The translations under genes were made by a program, and so were the position numbers. A stretch of 63,684 bases of DNA, the filler included, from Craspedostauros australis (taxonomy: Eukaryota): assembly GCA_030167865.1 (NCBI GenBank). It is 5 parts of 5 records of this genome, joined end to end, with 100 filler letters (N's around TTAATTAATTAA, not from the genome) between each part and the next. Parts side by side here need not be neighbours in the genome. Positions count along the whole stretch, not along the records: positions 9,645 to 28,502 come from JALAGF010006374.1; positions 28,603 to 59,214 come from JALAGF010006375.1; 3 more parts are not named here. One strand, given 5' to 3'. Each line of letters begins with the position of its first letter. The stretch's first letter is position 1. Under the pieces are notes generated by a model, which made no database searches, was not told the DNA's origin, and was given only the letters and a program-made list of their open reading frames with translations. Positions 22,206 to 35,278 of this stretch are shown piece after piece.

Positions 22206-23705
22206 CTACTCCGTCCTGGCTTTCTTGGAATCCGGTCCATCGTCTTCGGCACCCTCGAGCTTTTTCTTCGTGACGCTGCTGATGGAACCTTTGTCGATAT
22301 GGAAGGGACACTCGATCTTCTTGTCCTTGACGAGATCCTCCATGCCTTCGCCACCATAGCTTGTGGACGGCGAGACCTCGCAGATGGCGTCCACATCACC
22401 CGTCAGTTCGCCGCCGGCATCCTTGACCCATCTTTTGCCGAGATCGGACAGCAGCGCCCGCGCCGTGTCGGGACTGTCGGAACTGGATCCCGGCGGGTTC
22501 TTGACGGGTGCAAACTCCTCCTCACGCAGCACGTCGAGCACGACCATGGATTTGGACAGGGGGAAGACGTCGAAGATGAACGATTCCAACTTGATGCCGT
22601 TATTCGATGTGGGCTTGACGGTCGTGCCGGTGGCCGCGTCGTAGTACGGGATCTTCTTGTTGGCGATGTGGTACATGTTGTCCGTGTTGGGAATGACCGT
22701 GTCCTTGAGGAAGTCCAACGTGTAGTAGTGATTGCAAATGTTGCCGGCGCCGTAGACGAGCCGGTCGCTGTCCTTCTCGGTCTGCTCCACCATCTCCTTG
22801 GAAATGTCGGAGTACTCCACGATGCACGGTTTGCCGTCCTTCGACGCGACGACGCCCACCTTCTCATGCGCCGATGCCTTCCACACGGACTTGTTGCCGC
22901 AGTCGGCCTTCTCGGCGACGCAGTATCCGACGAAGACGGGATCGGCAGGCTTCGTCAGGGCGTTGTCGATGGAGAAGACGTGGATGAACTGCACGCCGCG
23001 CTTCTCCATGTCGTCCATGGTCCCGGAGCTCTGCATGGCCGGGTAGATGCCGCCGTTGCCGTCCGGCGCCATGGCGACCTCGTCCTTGCCCTTCATGATG
23101 ATCTTGCCTTCTGGCGTCAGACACGGCAGCATGCCCTGCGCGAAGCACTTGACATCGTCCTTGGGCAGTCCGAAGCAGTCGTTGTCGTCAAAGAACTTGA
23201 CGGTCTCGTCGTGATTGATGGGCGACGTCATGATGTAGAAGGGCAAAGTGGGCTTGTCGTCGCCGGTCGCGGCCAACTGCCGCAGCTTGTCGATGCGCTC
23301 GGCCGTGAGCTGGAACAGCGCCTTGCCGCTGGGCATCCCGATGTCGTACTTGCCCTTGGGTCCGTCGAATCCCAACCGCGATCCCTGTCCGCCAGCCAGC
23401 ACCAACGCGGCGACCTGGCCCTTGCCAATGGCCTCCAATCCGGCGGCGCGCGCCTTGTCGGCCACGTCCTTGTCCGAACTGCGTGCCACCTGTCCTTGGA
23501 AGGGCTCGATGTTGGCGGCGGCGCTGATGCTCTTCTGCTCCTCCTGCGCGGCCTTGAGGAAGGTGGCGAGCTTGTCGACGGCGATGGAATCCAGCTGTTG
23601 CAGCAGCTTGGCCTTGGAGGCGTCATCGCATGCCTCGAAGTGCTCGAACACATGCTGTTGTCCGGCCTTCGTGAAGCGTTCGCGAATCTCGTCTTCTTTC
23701 GTCAT
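22206..23705 (-). CDS. UAP1: UDP-N-acetylglucosamine pyrophosphorylase
   Basis: Motifs LAGGQGSRLG..GPKG, YIMTS, APDGNGGIY, IDNAL, VEYSDI, GNICNH, KLESFIFDVF, EEFAPVKN, EVSP..SYGGEG. Intronless from MTKEDE. Confidence 0.96.
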   Translation of the reverse strand: MTKEDEIRERFTKAGQQHVFEHFEACDDASKAKLLQQLDSIAVDKLATFLKAAQEEQKSISAAANIEPFQGQVARSSDKDVADKARAAGLEAIGKGQVAALVLAGGQGSRLGFDGPKGKYDIGMPSGKALFQLTAERIDKLRQLAATGDDKPTLPFYIMTSPINHDETVKFFDDNDCFGLPKDDVKCFAQGMLPCLTPEGKIIMKGKDEVAMAPDGNGGIYPAMQSSGTMDDMEKRGVQFIHVFSIDNALTKPADPVFVGYCVAEKADCGNKSVWKASAHEKVGVVASKDGKPCIVEYSDISKEMVEQTEKDSDRLVYGAGNICNHYYTLDFLKDTVIPNTDNMYHIANKKIPYYDAATGTTVKPTSNNGIKLESFIFDVFPLSKSMVVLDVLREEEFAPVKNPPGSSSDSPDTARALLSDLGKRWVKDAGGELTGDVDAICEVSPSTSYGGEGMEDLVKDKKIECPFHIDKGSISSVTKKKLEGAEDDGPDSKKARTE

Positions 23706-24246
23706 GGTTGTTGTGCGTATGTGTGTATGTGTTGATGCTGTAATCTGAGATTGTGGAAATGTATTGGAATGTAATGTAAGACTACACAATACAATTCTTT
23801 CAGATTATGGCATCCATGGATCGGCGCAGATGCCGAATGACTGTCCGTACTTGAGGTGTGCGTGCGTTGGAGTACGGGACTGTGCGTGTTGTTGGCTGCC
23901 GAAGATCTCTGTTCGGATTTTTTCGCCTCATCGCACACAAAGATGCGAACAAGATTTCGTTGTTCGAATCATCGGACTCAACTAGAAGATTCGCCAAGGC
24001 ACCTTTCGCTTGTCGTCGGCAGATCGGGAGGAAGCGGTAGCTTGCACTGCATCCGAATGCTCCATCAGGAGGAGTACAGGAGACCACTTGGTGAAAGATA
24101 TCGCAGTGCAGCGCACATTTAATGCATGTCAAGGATCATCATGATCTATTATGTTATCCATGATCTATTGTATTGTATTGTTTTATTCTGTGTGAAACTG
24201 CAATTGCATCTTTCAAGCATGGTATTTGGTTGACAACAGAGGTCTT

Positions 24247-24728
24247 TCATCCTCTGGCCTCGGACTCCGTCCTGTACTTTTTCATTCCCTCCTTGAAGTC
24301 TTCGTACTGCAATCCCTTTGGCGTTCTGAAGCTGACGACTCCGCACGCATTGGTAACCAGTCCGCAGTTATCTCCCCAGTTGCAATCCTGTGTCATTCAT
24401 TGATCAATACGGTTTAGATGGCGCAAACGATTGGAGAAGAAACAGGTCAGTTCTTGCAAGATGCAAAGGATCGGCGCTTTGTGTTTCGCAATACTATTGC
24501 AGGACTCCTGGATTGCATAACATCCAATCGCGACAAGCCCGCTGCATACTGCAGCACGAACATTGTGGAATGTTCGCGTTTGTGGACACCACACGATGAA
24601 CCGCACGGATGAAACTTACATCGAAGAACAACATTTCGTTGTACGGGATTCCGCTCTCATTGTGCAGATGTCGGAAGTGCGTCTTCTTGTTTGCGGTCAG
24701 ATGTCCAGTGCGTCCGATTTGATTGAAA
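24247..24728 (-). CDS. MDP1: 3' exons of magnesium-dependent phosphatase 1 (HAD family); 5' part lies beyond the LINE and scaffold end
   Basis: Exon 24728-24620 (FNQIGRTGHLTANKKTHFRHLHNESGIPYNEMLFFD), intron GTAAGT..CAG at 24619-24388, and exon 24387-24247 (DCNWGDNC..RTPKGLQYEDFKEGMKKY..*). Splicing gives K..HF....SG..Y.EMLFFDD. Confidence 0.8.
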
Positions 24729-24753
24729 CTGTCGTTTGGTGCATAATGCATTG

Positions 24754-27700
24754 TATATATATATATATCACACGGATTCTAACTGTTAGGTCATGCGCCG
24801 GGGGCGCTTTGATTCCGCCTCGTTTATTCTACGTGTCAGCANNNNNNNNNNNNNNNNNNNNNNNNNNNNNNNNNNNNNNNNNNNNNNNNNNNNNNNNNNN
24901 NNNNNNNNNNNNNNNNNNNNNNNNNNNNNNNNNNNNNNNNNNNNNNNNNNNNNNNNNNNNNNNNNNNNNNNNNNNNNNNNNNNNNNNNNNNNNCAGCACC
25001 CTGTCGATTGGCGGAGCGGAGTCGCCGAGGCTCTGGCGCAAGGTCTGGACCCATGGAATGATTTGGCTGGTCGCCTCTGCGTTAGGGGGCCGTTCCCAGA
25101 GCGGGCGCAACGCCACTGGTATGGTGGACGTTGCCTGCGATCGCAACGCTTGGAAGTACTGGAGCAACACTGGCGTCATGTCGTCGTACGTCAGGGCTGC
25201 CTTGGCTTCGTTCCGATCCTGCCACTGGGCCAGCACTGCGTGCCACAGGGTATTGGTGACGCTGGCTTGCCAGTCATGGAGTAGCCGCGGGGCTCGCCTG
25301 CGGCGGTGAGGTGCCATGGGCGGCGCCTGAGATCTCCACTGGATGGCCCATCCTCCCCAAACCATTGCATTCCAACCCACCTTGCTCTGGTGCAATTGTA
25401 TGTCCTTGGTGGGAGAGTCTCTGATGCCGGATGGTGGGAGGCCCCCGGTGGTGATGCGCTGTATTGCCGTGCATACTAGCTGGGCGATCGCCGGTGGCGT
25501 CGTTGGCGGTCGCACGATTGACCGCACCTTCTGTATCGCCTTGGCCCAGATAGCTTGGCTGGACTGGCCGGGGCACATGATGATGTGGGAGTTGTCCTCG
25601 GACCTCCCGCATCGGGGGCAGCGGTCTGTCGTCGTCTGCTGTCTCCTGGCCATATTCTTTCCGCTGGCGCTGGTGCCTGTCATGAGTTTGAGCAGGGTGC
25701 GCCGCTTGCCGCCTTTCCATTTCCGCGAGACGGAGCGTAGGGGCATCCAGTCCACCTCAGCTGGCTGGCTTTGGCCCCACCTGCTGCACCATTTGGCTTG
25801 GACGTCGTTCCGATGGAGAGCTTTGGAGACGGTCCAGTAGTTCAGATCGGAGATGGTGCCTCGTGCGGTGCTCAGGTGCCACCCACCTGTCTGTATGATC
25901 AGCTCTGGGGCCTGCGGTCCGGGGACTGCGAAGGCCGCTGTCCAGCGATGTCCCGCGTGCTTGTCGGCTAGGACATTCATTTTCTCCCAGTCCGTCAGCA
26001 GACGGCCGTCGTCGTCGGCATGGCCTTGGACCTCCTGCTGTTGGAACCGTACTGGTGACTCCCGCAGACATCGGACCAGCTCTGACCAAAGGTCGTAATC
26101 TGGTTTGCTGGGGTCCGGCCATAGGGATGGATCGGCGGCGCGCAGTGCCCTGTTGTTGTCGCACGCGATCGTCGCCGCCCCTTGTATGCCTGCCCACTCT
26201 GCCACCGAGGTGATGATCCACACCGACATTAGAACCCCGGCAAGTTCCGATCGGTTGGAGTCGGTGGCGTGCGACCCGATTGGTACTGCGGTAGTTGCGA
26301 CAATTTGGTGGTCCTCGTCGTTTGGGGCCTGCTGGATGACGGTGGCCGCAGTCCCTTGGCTGTTCTTGGCCGATGCGTCGCTGCAGGCTGAGCACGTGCC
26401 TGCGGCAATTGCTTGGACTACGCGGTGAATGCTGCCATGGACTTGTATGTCGGACAGCATATGCGCCGCCGCTGGCCCTTTGCTTCGTAACCATTCGCGC
26501 AGCGTGGAGGGAGGCGGTGGCCGGCGGATCTGCCCTTGAGATATGATGACCATACCCGACCGTCTGGGCGCCCGGTCAATGACCGTGACTGGTTCCTGGC
26601 CGATCCCGTCAGTAGCAGTCTGGCCTGGCAGTGTGACCGTCCCGTCTGGTTGTAGGGTGGCGCGTCGACTCGGGGTGGTTAGCCACGGCCCTAGTTTGTG
26701 TCTCACATGCCATCCCGGTCGGTCTGTCGCGACGAGCGCCTGTAGCACTTGGTCCCATGCCTCCCAGGCCTTCTTGGAGACTCCTCCCACCACTGGCCAC
26801 GTCGTGGTTCCGGCCGGTAGTCGGGAGTGTTGGAGGATGCGGGATCGAACTTGATCGCCTTGGGCGGTGGCGATGTCTGATAGCCAGAGCACTCTCAGAT
26901 GCAGCCTGGCTGTGTTTGCCAACGCCAGCGTGGAGCGGTGCACCCCCGCACTGATGGCAAGGTGCATGACAAGCTCGTCACCGTCTCTCAGGGGCCTTGC
27001 CTGGTGTCTTTGCTCTGTCATGATGATACCCAACTCCGTCGCTGATTGGAACGTGTTCTGCCACCATGTGGCCGCGGTCCAGGCTCTCCACTCCGTCTCT
27101 GTTTGTTGGAGCCGCCCAGGCAGTCCTGTCCACAGCTCCAAATGCCTCAGGGACGTCCGCAACAGCTTGCCAGTGTCGGTGGGCTGCTCAAAGTGTTGCA
27201 TGATCGTTGACAGGTGGGCTATCACTTGATTGGTGTGGAGGTGTTGGATCCCCATTCCCATATTGTCAGTGTGCCCGAACACGTAGTCCCTCGCGATGGT
27301 TCTGGCGACGCCCATGGACGGTAGAGCAGTGGTGAGGGCCGCGCTCATGACTGCCTCCCATTGTGGTCGGGACATGGTTGTGGCTGGGGAGGAGTACGCG
27401 AGGGCAGGCCACAGTACTGACTTCGTGGCGATCTCGACGTCTTGCTTGTGGATTCGGGATGTGCGGATTTTGTTGGCCCATTCTCTTGACTTCTGTAAGA
27501 GGTATGACGCGTGCTCCGTTTGCCGTCCATCTCGTCGCGACACCATGCCCAGGTACTTGGATGCTGACCTGGGGCTGGAGACTGCCAGTTGGGTTCGTCT
27601 GCCTGTGGGGTTGCGCATGTGGAGGCTTTGGGTTGGAGCGGCAAGGTCGTACACCCATTTGACTCGGTTCCATTTGAAGCGTATCAGCTGCCAGAAACTC

Positions 27701-28502
27701 TTTGATGGCTCCAATGCTCCTCCCGTGGCTGTCAGCAGGTCGTCCCAACTGCTCACTGTTGTCTGGAACATTGCTGCTTGTTCGTTTGGGCGCGCTGTCG
27801 GCAGGCTGTGCATGACGTTGGTGTCGTCAACGTATGCTGTGCCAACTATCGTGTGCCGCTCGTTTGTGACGGGGTTGTGTACTCGGAGTCCATGCCCTTG
27901 TGACCGCATGTGGTCTATGATGGCAGAGCTGATGAGTAGCCAACCGGTTGGCGCCGATCCGAGTCCTTGCACGAGGCCTTGCAGGTGGTTGCGGCGTTGT
28001 TTGCCCGAGTACGATGCTTCTGATGTTCCGGCCGCTGTGCGGATTCTGTGTGTCATAGACTGGAGCGTGTTTAGCGTGCTGGCGATTGGCGGCGTGGGTA
28101 CTCCTTGTCGTTGAAGGGCCAAGCTGAAGATGGAGTGGGCGATGCGGTCGTAGCATCCTTTCGCGTCGTTCGAGCATACTGCATAGTGTTCACCAGTGAC
28201 CCTGTGGATGTCGTCGATTAGCACCGAGTTGAGCAGGACCTCTTGGGCTGTGTGGGCCTTCCTGCTGCCGTATTGTTCGGCTGCGATGGTGCCTTGTGCC
28301 TCGGCATGAGCACGGGCCTGCTTCCCCAGGAGGCGATTATTCATGTTGAAATCGCCCTCCATGAGTCCGATGGTCCGGGTCTTGGTGACTGATAGATCTC
28401 CAGGCTTCTTACGGAGCTGGATGTCCACGCACTGTTGCCATCGCTTGAGGCTGTACCCTGTGCGATACGGGATCTCGCGCAGGATGGCATCGATGGTTGC
28501 CA
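24754..28502 (-). mobile_element. Young non-LTR retrotransposon, 3' part (RT + RNase H + CCHC; Ambal-like), with (TA)n at its 3' junction
   Basis: Uninterrupted ORF of >1100 aa, open at the scaffold end. RT motifs: RTIGLME, EQYGSRK, SNDAKGCYDRI, QG..SAP, YVDDT, KYLG. RNase H motifs: CSDAS, RSELAG, CDN, GHAD, N..AD. Also CPRC..ED..H...C. (TA)n at 24754-24768. Confidence 0.93.
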
Positions 28503-28602
28503 NNNNNNNNNNNNNNNNNNNNNNNNNNNNNNNNNNNNNNNNNNNNTTAATTAATTAANNNNNNNNNNNNNNNNNNNNNNNNNNNNNNNNNNNNNNNNNN
28601 NN
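28503..28602. other. Artificial scaffold-joining linker
   Basis: 44 N + TTAATTAATTAA + 44 N. Confidence 0.97.
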
Positions 28603-29399
28603 GCCCGCATTCATACTACCATACGAATAATACTCAATAACAAACACTCATCCTCACCCCAACAACGATCTGATCACTCTACGTTTTGGTGCGGAATCCC
28701 ATCCTTGATTTCGTTCTAACACGAGAAAAGCTGCGATTTTGGCTTCTTGCGATTCCATGGTAGTTGGGGATGGTGTGGGGGGCTTAGCCTTGTTGTTGAC
28801 ACGCACGGCAGCGACGGAGTGATGCTGGGGAGAAAGGAGGGAAGGCTTAGCAAGGCCTCCAGCAGTGCGAGTCCGCGCGAAGGTAGCAAGGCTGTGTGGT
28901 GTGCACAGATCCGCACGAACAACATACATTCGGCTCTGCCCCATCACTGGGGTCACCATGACCATTGCCACCTCTCCTGGTGCAAGAGGCCCATCGCGTT
29001 TGACTGTAGCGCCATCCGTGGTCTGCTTCATTGCAAACTCAACATGACATATGCCCAGGTCACGGATCTTGCCACCTGATCGCTGGTGAGGTGCCACCTT
29101 CACACAATCACCAGCGCGCAGCATGCTTGCAAGGTGCAGACTGCAGTGAATGGAGGATGATGTGTATTGTGTTGATGGAGGCTGCAGTTGAGTTGAAAGG
29201 CGCGTCGCAACACACACCAGAAACACGNNNNNNNNNNNNNNNNNNNNNNNNNNNNNNNNNNNNNNNNNNNNNNNNNNAGTTGAAAGGCGCGTCGCAACAC
29301 ACACCAGAAACACGAGGACAGCGACACAGCGCATCGCATCACCAGCCATCAACGCACAGCACGGCGCAGCGCATCACAAGGGGCATGGGCAACATTGGA

Positions 29400-30330
29400 T
29401 GGTCACAAGGCGCCTTGTATCATCCACTCTCTCTCATGTGGAGAGGCACAGTCATTCTACATTGTTGTACAACCAATGGCTACAAGCAGCAGAGAATCAA
29501 CAGCAGGTCGTCCCAGATGCGCAATGTTTCCGTTGTCCANTTTGTGAGGTCAGTTTTGTTGTTGTGGAATGGAGGCGCAATTCGGGACTCGCAAAGTGTT
29601 CGCATTGGCTGGCACATTCGGTAGAATTTTGATTAATCTCCATGGCCCCCAACAGCAAAAACTGGTTGAGAACACCAAACACAACACAACAACACGACAA
29701 TGGAGAAACACAACAAAACTCATCAAGCGCCGTCGAACGGCATCATCGGCGCTGCGACAGCCAGCGGTCCAGTGCAAGATCTGAGCGCATAGGCGGAACC
29801 GCCATGAAAATATTGGTAGACGAGCGAGAGGGGGATGTCATCTTGGCTTATTTGGGGCCGTGGCAGGCCCACGCGCACATGACGCGATTTGGAGGAAAAT
29901 CTTCTCGTTGGATATGGTCTCTGCCTGGAATGCGCAGGCCATCCCAACGACTATTGATGGGCAAGATGCATCCAAGAGGATGTGATGAAGATGAAAACGA
30001 AGTTTGAGGGTCGGGGGTGGCCTGGAAGGTGCCCTCCGCAAGAAACAAGTGGCGGGCAAGAGTTTTTTGGTGGGTGGCGGCGGACACATCACGTGACTTG
30101 GGTGGTGATGGGTGCCATTGTCAAGTCACCCAGATCGCCAAGCCACCCATTCAAGATGTGTTCGGAATCAACTCAAGATGATCAGGACGGAGCCTTCTCC
30201 ACGGATACGGTCTGGAAGAGGCTGCTAAGTGGGATGCACACAAAATGGGGGTTTTTGGGTGTCGGAAAAACTCCATGGTGCCATCATCACATGGAGATGT
30301 ACCTTTGGAGGTACGAACTCCCAACCCATT
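29400..30330 (+). pseudogene. Possible decayed Merlin/IS1595-like transposase
   Basis: Broken frames in the expected order: CFRCPxC..RRNSGLAKCS, RIGG..KILVDE, DTVWKRL...HHHMEMYLWR. The middle part is not recognisable. Confidence 0.3.
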
Positions 30331-31653
30331 CTGAACACATCAGTGTGTTGCCAGAGAATGTGGGAACGCATGAGGGGCATGTGGAGGAGCTGCAAGGATC
30401 GTATCGACGAGATACGGATCCAAATCCGAACGGCATCCGTGTCGGAATCGTGTTTTCAAGATTTCTGCTTTTCAGTGCAGGGACAGTTCGGAGTATGAGA
30501 TGCGGCTATCCGTGGAGAAGCTTCATGGGGTGGATAGATGGGGGGTATCCGGATCCAATGTGATGCGCAGATTGCGAAAATGCCAGGGATGATAATGATG
30601 ATCATGGGTGCTGAAGGTAGGGCAGCATGGTGCCATCGAGAATTTTCTGCACCCACCACCTGACTGACAGCAAGCCAAAACGACATTAAAAATAAAGTTC
30701 ATACAAATTTAACTTCGATATTCAGAATCACTGATAGCCACGCGTTCGAATGCACTGTCTATTTTTAATTTTAAATGATGTGTTGTTGAGATATAACATC
30801 ATAAGCAGTTGTTTGGATGGTTTTGGGTGTGCTCTATTTTAGTCTAATTTATCACGACTCATCACGAGTAAAACTCAAAAACCACTCCACAACTAGTGTT
30901 ATCGTTGGTGCATCAACTACGATTTGCACCTCGTACGACAAATGCAAAGAGAAATGTCGAGTCCACAGATCAGGAATAGAATCGCGTCCTGTTGCTGCTG
31001 TTGCTTGACGGAAGCAAGGAAGGAGGATGTGCGTGTGTGAGAGGTCTGATTGAGGGGGTGCTCCATCAGTTTTGGTGCCAAGAGTTGCAAAAAGTCCCAT
31101 TGGCGTAAATCGTGGATGTTCTTCGTTCGTGTCGGTGTTGTTCTTTTTTCTCCCATCATGTTGGAAGAGCGAATCGCGAGAATCTTCGCTCGTTGGAGAC
31201 CAGTGATGATGACTCTCTGTCTTCCGATCTTGCATCCAATGTGCCGCCGCGCTTTGGTGGGAGTTCCTCTTCCTCTCTTCTCTTCTTTTCTTTTGCCTTG
31301 CCTTGCTCTCGTCGAGAAGGTTCTTTGCACATGCCTCCTCTTCCCATCACAACAAAGCAACCCAACCACAATCCCAACTGAAGCCATCCGACGACTTGCG
31401 GGACAACGATTGCTCAGTGTAGTCGTATGCAACAGAAGCAACCGCGGCCAGCAGAAGCAAGAGCAGAAAATCTGCGGGCTACAGATCATCTCTCCATCCC
31501 GCTTCACTTCACATCACATCACATCACATCACACTCGGCCGCCTTCTTACTCGTTGGCAATATATGCGCGTACGAGCACTGTGCTGCAGCAAAGTGAACG
31601 TAATATACCATTATACTCTATTATACTCCATGATATTATAGTATACTCACAGC

Positions 31654-34600
31654 ATGTCCAGCAACAACTTCTACCACGCTGGGGGACCTCCCGATCCCAT
31701 CCAGTACCTCCGTCGAATCTCCACCGATGCCACCACGGAGCGGAGGGAGGACATCCGCCGCACAGATTCTGCCGATGACTTTGCTGGCCTGGTTGCCGAG
31801 GTGGAGAAGATGGATCAGGACGAAGCTGCTGCTACTGCAACCGCAAACGCGGAGGCAGACGCCAAGAGGGAGCGCTCGTTTTCTTCCTCCTCCCTCGCCA
31901 ACAAAGGTGGTACCAAACGAACCAAACGCCATCAGGACCCGCCGGCACGTGAGCGACCCGCAGAAGGACAACCATGGCCCTACCGCGACACTTTGTCCTT
32001 CACCAGATCGTTGATGTTCTACGGCACCGGATCGGTCAGCGATGAGCACGAAAGCGCGTGTCAGCACATCGCGGAGAGCCGATCATTCCGGCAGAAGTAT
32101 CAGGGGTCAGGTGGGACGAAGATCGACAAGTCCAATTTGTCGAGGGACGATCTCACATTCCGATTTGGGAACGATGGCGTCGTGGAGATATTTGCGAAGG
32201 GTGCCGATGCCGCTGGAAATGACAATGGCAATTTCATTGAAGGCAACGACGGAAGCACACCAAGTCTCGTGCAAGTGCCCAACATCGAGGAGTACCACAA
32301 GGACTACACTCGCTTGGTGCAGGTCGTCAATCAAGGCGCGATGCGCTCCTTCTGCTTCCAGCGTTTGCAAATGCTCTCCGCAACATTCAAGATGCACACG
32401 ACCATGAATGGCGGGGTGGAGCTGAAGGAGCAGAGCAACCTCCTGGGGACGGACTTCTACAGGACGCTCAAGATCGACAATCACATCCACGCGGCTGCCG
32501 CCCCCAGCGCGAAGCAGTTCGTCGAATTTGTACGCACCAAACTGGAGACGGAGGGTGACACGGTCGTGACGAAGGAAGGCAAGACCTTGCAGCAGGTCTT
32601 CGATGACGCGGGCTTGGACAAGGACCACCTCACGATCGACGCCTTCGACGTGCTTGCGGATTACTCCGTGTACCAGCGGTTCGACAATTTCAATTCCAAA
32701 TACAGCCCGTTCCGCATGGCAGCGATGAGACGTATCTTCCTCAAAACATCCAATCACATCAACGGTCGCTACTTCGCGGAGCTGCTCAAGATCGTCTTGA
32801 ATCGTCATGAGACGAGCAAAGGCCATAATTCGGGATGTGAGATGCGTCTGAGCATCTACGGCATGGAGGATCACGAATGGACCGACCTCGCAGACTGGAT
32901 GATGCATGATTGGGGAGGCGACTTCCCAGGTCCGATGGTCTCGTCCCACAACCGCTGGATCATCCAGATCCCACGACTTTGGAGGATTTACAGCAAGAAG
33001 CCAGGAGTGGACGACAAGAGCTTCATCGACATGCTGAAGAACATCTTCAACCCGCTCTTCGAAGCCACGTTGCATCCCGAAGCTCATCCCAAACTTGCAG
33101 AAGCGCTGAAGCACATCGTCGGGTTTGATTCCGTTGACGACGAGGGGTCTCACGAGGTAAGACGCATTTCTGCAGAATCATCAAGAGACCAGGTTGACGT
33201 CGCCCAATACGAGCAGAGTGATGGATGGCTGAGAGCGAAAAGGGTGCATGCAAAAAGCTGTTCTCAGAGAAGCGTGGGCTCACCGTGCGCTTTGCCCTCT
33301 TGATGATTATATTTGTGCATCCACCCTGTTCTATTGATCGTCACTCACCCAATTCATCAACTGGTTGAATGCGTCACGCTGCGCACTCCAAATATTGGCC
33401 ACGCTGATATAACTGCTCCATGTACAACACTCGTGCCTTGATGATGCGGTACAGGACACATGCTCTTGTCAGAGGCCCCAGCAATGGCGGACTAAAGAGA
33501 ATCCGTCCTATTGGTGGCAGCTGTACTACCTGTGGGCAAATCTTGAGGTTCTGAACACCCTCCGTGCGGCGAGAGGAATGAACACATTCGCATTCCGCCC
33601 TCACGCTGGCGAGACGGGCGATCCGATGCACTTGGCCTGCACCTACATGCTTTGCGCCAGCATTAATCACGGCATCAACCTTGACATGCAGGTCAGCCTC
33701 CAGTACTTGTACTATCTGGATCAGGTACGCCATACCCGTAGTAACATGTGGAAGACACCGCGTGCAGTTGAAGCGCAGATCCGCCGAGGGCGAGACTCAT
33801 GAAGCTACTTTGCGAGGAATCGGAAGATGATACTCTCCTGCCTCGATCTCACACTACCTTGTTTTCTTTTCTAATCGTACATTGTTCAAATTGCCACTGC
33901 GCCAATCACAACATCACGCCGCATGCTTTCTTCCCCCTCATGCATCGCCCAACTGCTCTCGCTTGCTCCAGGTCGGGTTATCGATCAGCCCATTGTCGAA
34001 CAACTTCCTGTTCCGCAAGATCGGGGAAAACCCGTTCCCCAAGTTCTTCCGCCGCGGAATGAACGTGACGCTCTCCACCGACGATCCTCTCCTCTTTCAC
34101 ATGTCCGATGATGCATTGCTGGAGGAGTATTCGGTGGCACGTGCGTCATTCGACCTTTCCATGACCGACATGATGGAACTCGCGCGGAATTCGGTCCGCC
34201 AATCCGGCTTTGAAGAATCCTTCAAGAAGAAGTGGTTGGGCAAGGACTACTGGAAGGGTGTCACATTCTGTGACGAGGTAAGGAATTGTCAGTCGAGCCA
34301 TCCAAAATGCATTGCGTGGCTATGATGAGCATGGAACGCGCGTTGCCTGTTCCTTGTCACATCTCCATTCGTTGCTCGTCCACCTTTGCTGTTCCTTCCG
34401 CCGGTATGCTCTCACATATACTCAATTGACGTGCTACTCTCTGCGCCTTCTCTGTTCTGATCTATTATTATCTTTTCGACTGTAACAGCACATCACGCAT
34501 GTGCCGCTGGTGCGGGCCAAGTTCCGCGCTGAGCACCTTGCAATCGAGCACATGCTTGTCCACCTCATCGCAGCCGGCAAGGGCCAAAAGGTGTTGGAGC

Positions 34601-34701
34601 AAATGAAGGTCCAATTCGGTCTCGCTCGTGATGCGCACAGGAACGTCCTGTTCGATAACTTCGACCAAGTTCCATCCTTCCCGGAACAGGGGCAACTCTG
34701 A
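31654..34701 (+). CDS. AMPD: AMP deaminase, 4 exons
   Basis: Exons 31654-33156, 33455-33724, 33972-34277 and 34489-34701, all GT-AG and in phase. Motifs DFY..KIDNHIH, RFDNFNSKY, RLSIYG, GFDSVDDE, FRPHAGE, INHGINL, SPLSNN, LSTDDPL, ELARNSV.QSGF. Confidence 0.96.
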
Positions 34702-35278
34702 GGGCGAGGCAAGGCACGAGTACGAGTACGGTGCAGCGGCATGCCACGAAAAGGCGCGAAGTCGGCATGGCACGCTAACAAAATAAAGCTAGAAAAATCC
34801 ACAGATCTTTCTGTTTCGTATCTTGTCTGGACGTCAACCGTTGATGGTTGCCGCCATCACCAACAAAATCGCCCGCCAACCAAAACGCAACAAACCGAGA
34901 ACTGTGGCCAGCCCGATCTGCCTGTCTCGTTGCTCACATCAAACAAGAGGAGCGCGTCAACACACCAACCATCGCAGGGACGGCATCAACTGGAGGGAAC
35001 ATCATCCATCGGATCGGCAGCAACAAGACATCGAGGGAGCAACCGAACGACCTACCAATTGAACGAAAGCGTGATTGCGAGGGCCCTTCATCAAAAGCAT
35101 CAGAGGAGCAGCAAAGAAAGCCAAGCACAAGAGGTTCACAGACCAACTAAAAGACAACAGACTGATACCTGCCTGCTCTTGCTCTTGCTCTTGTTCCTGG
35201 ACTGGCAAATACTGATACTCATACCGTCCAAGCAGGATAATCCTAGATCGATCGAGACCGACAGCAGTACTCTACACG

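Noticed and set aside
22119..23735. Long antisense ORFs (also 20707-21801, 32107-33153, 35272-36255, 41471-42604, 43296-44369)
   Set aside because: These are shadows of real genes on the opposite strand, caused by C/G third-position bias. They have no recognisable motifs.
28654..29124. Minus-strand ORF MLRAGDCVKVAP..
   Set aside because: It might be a transposase N-terminus, but it is short, at a scaffold edge and has no diagnostic motif.
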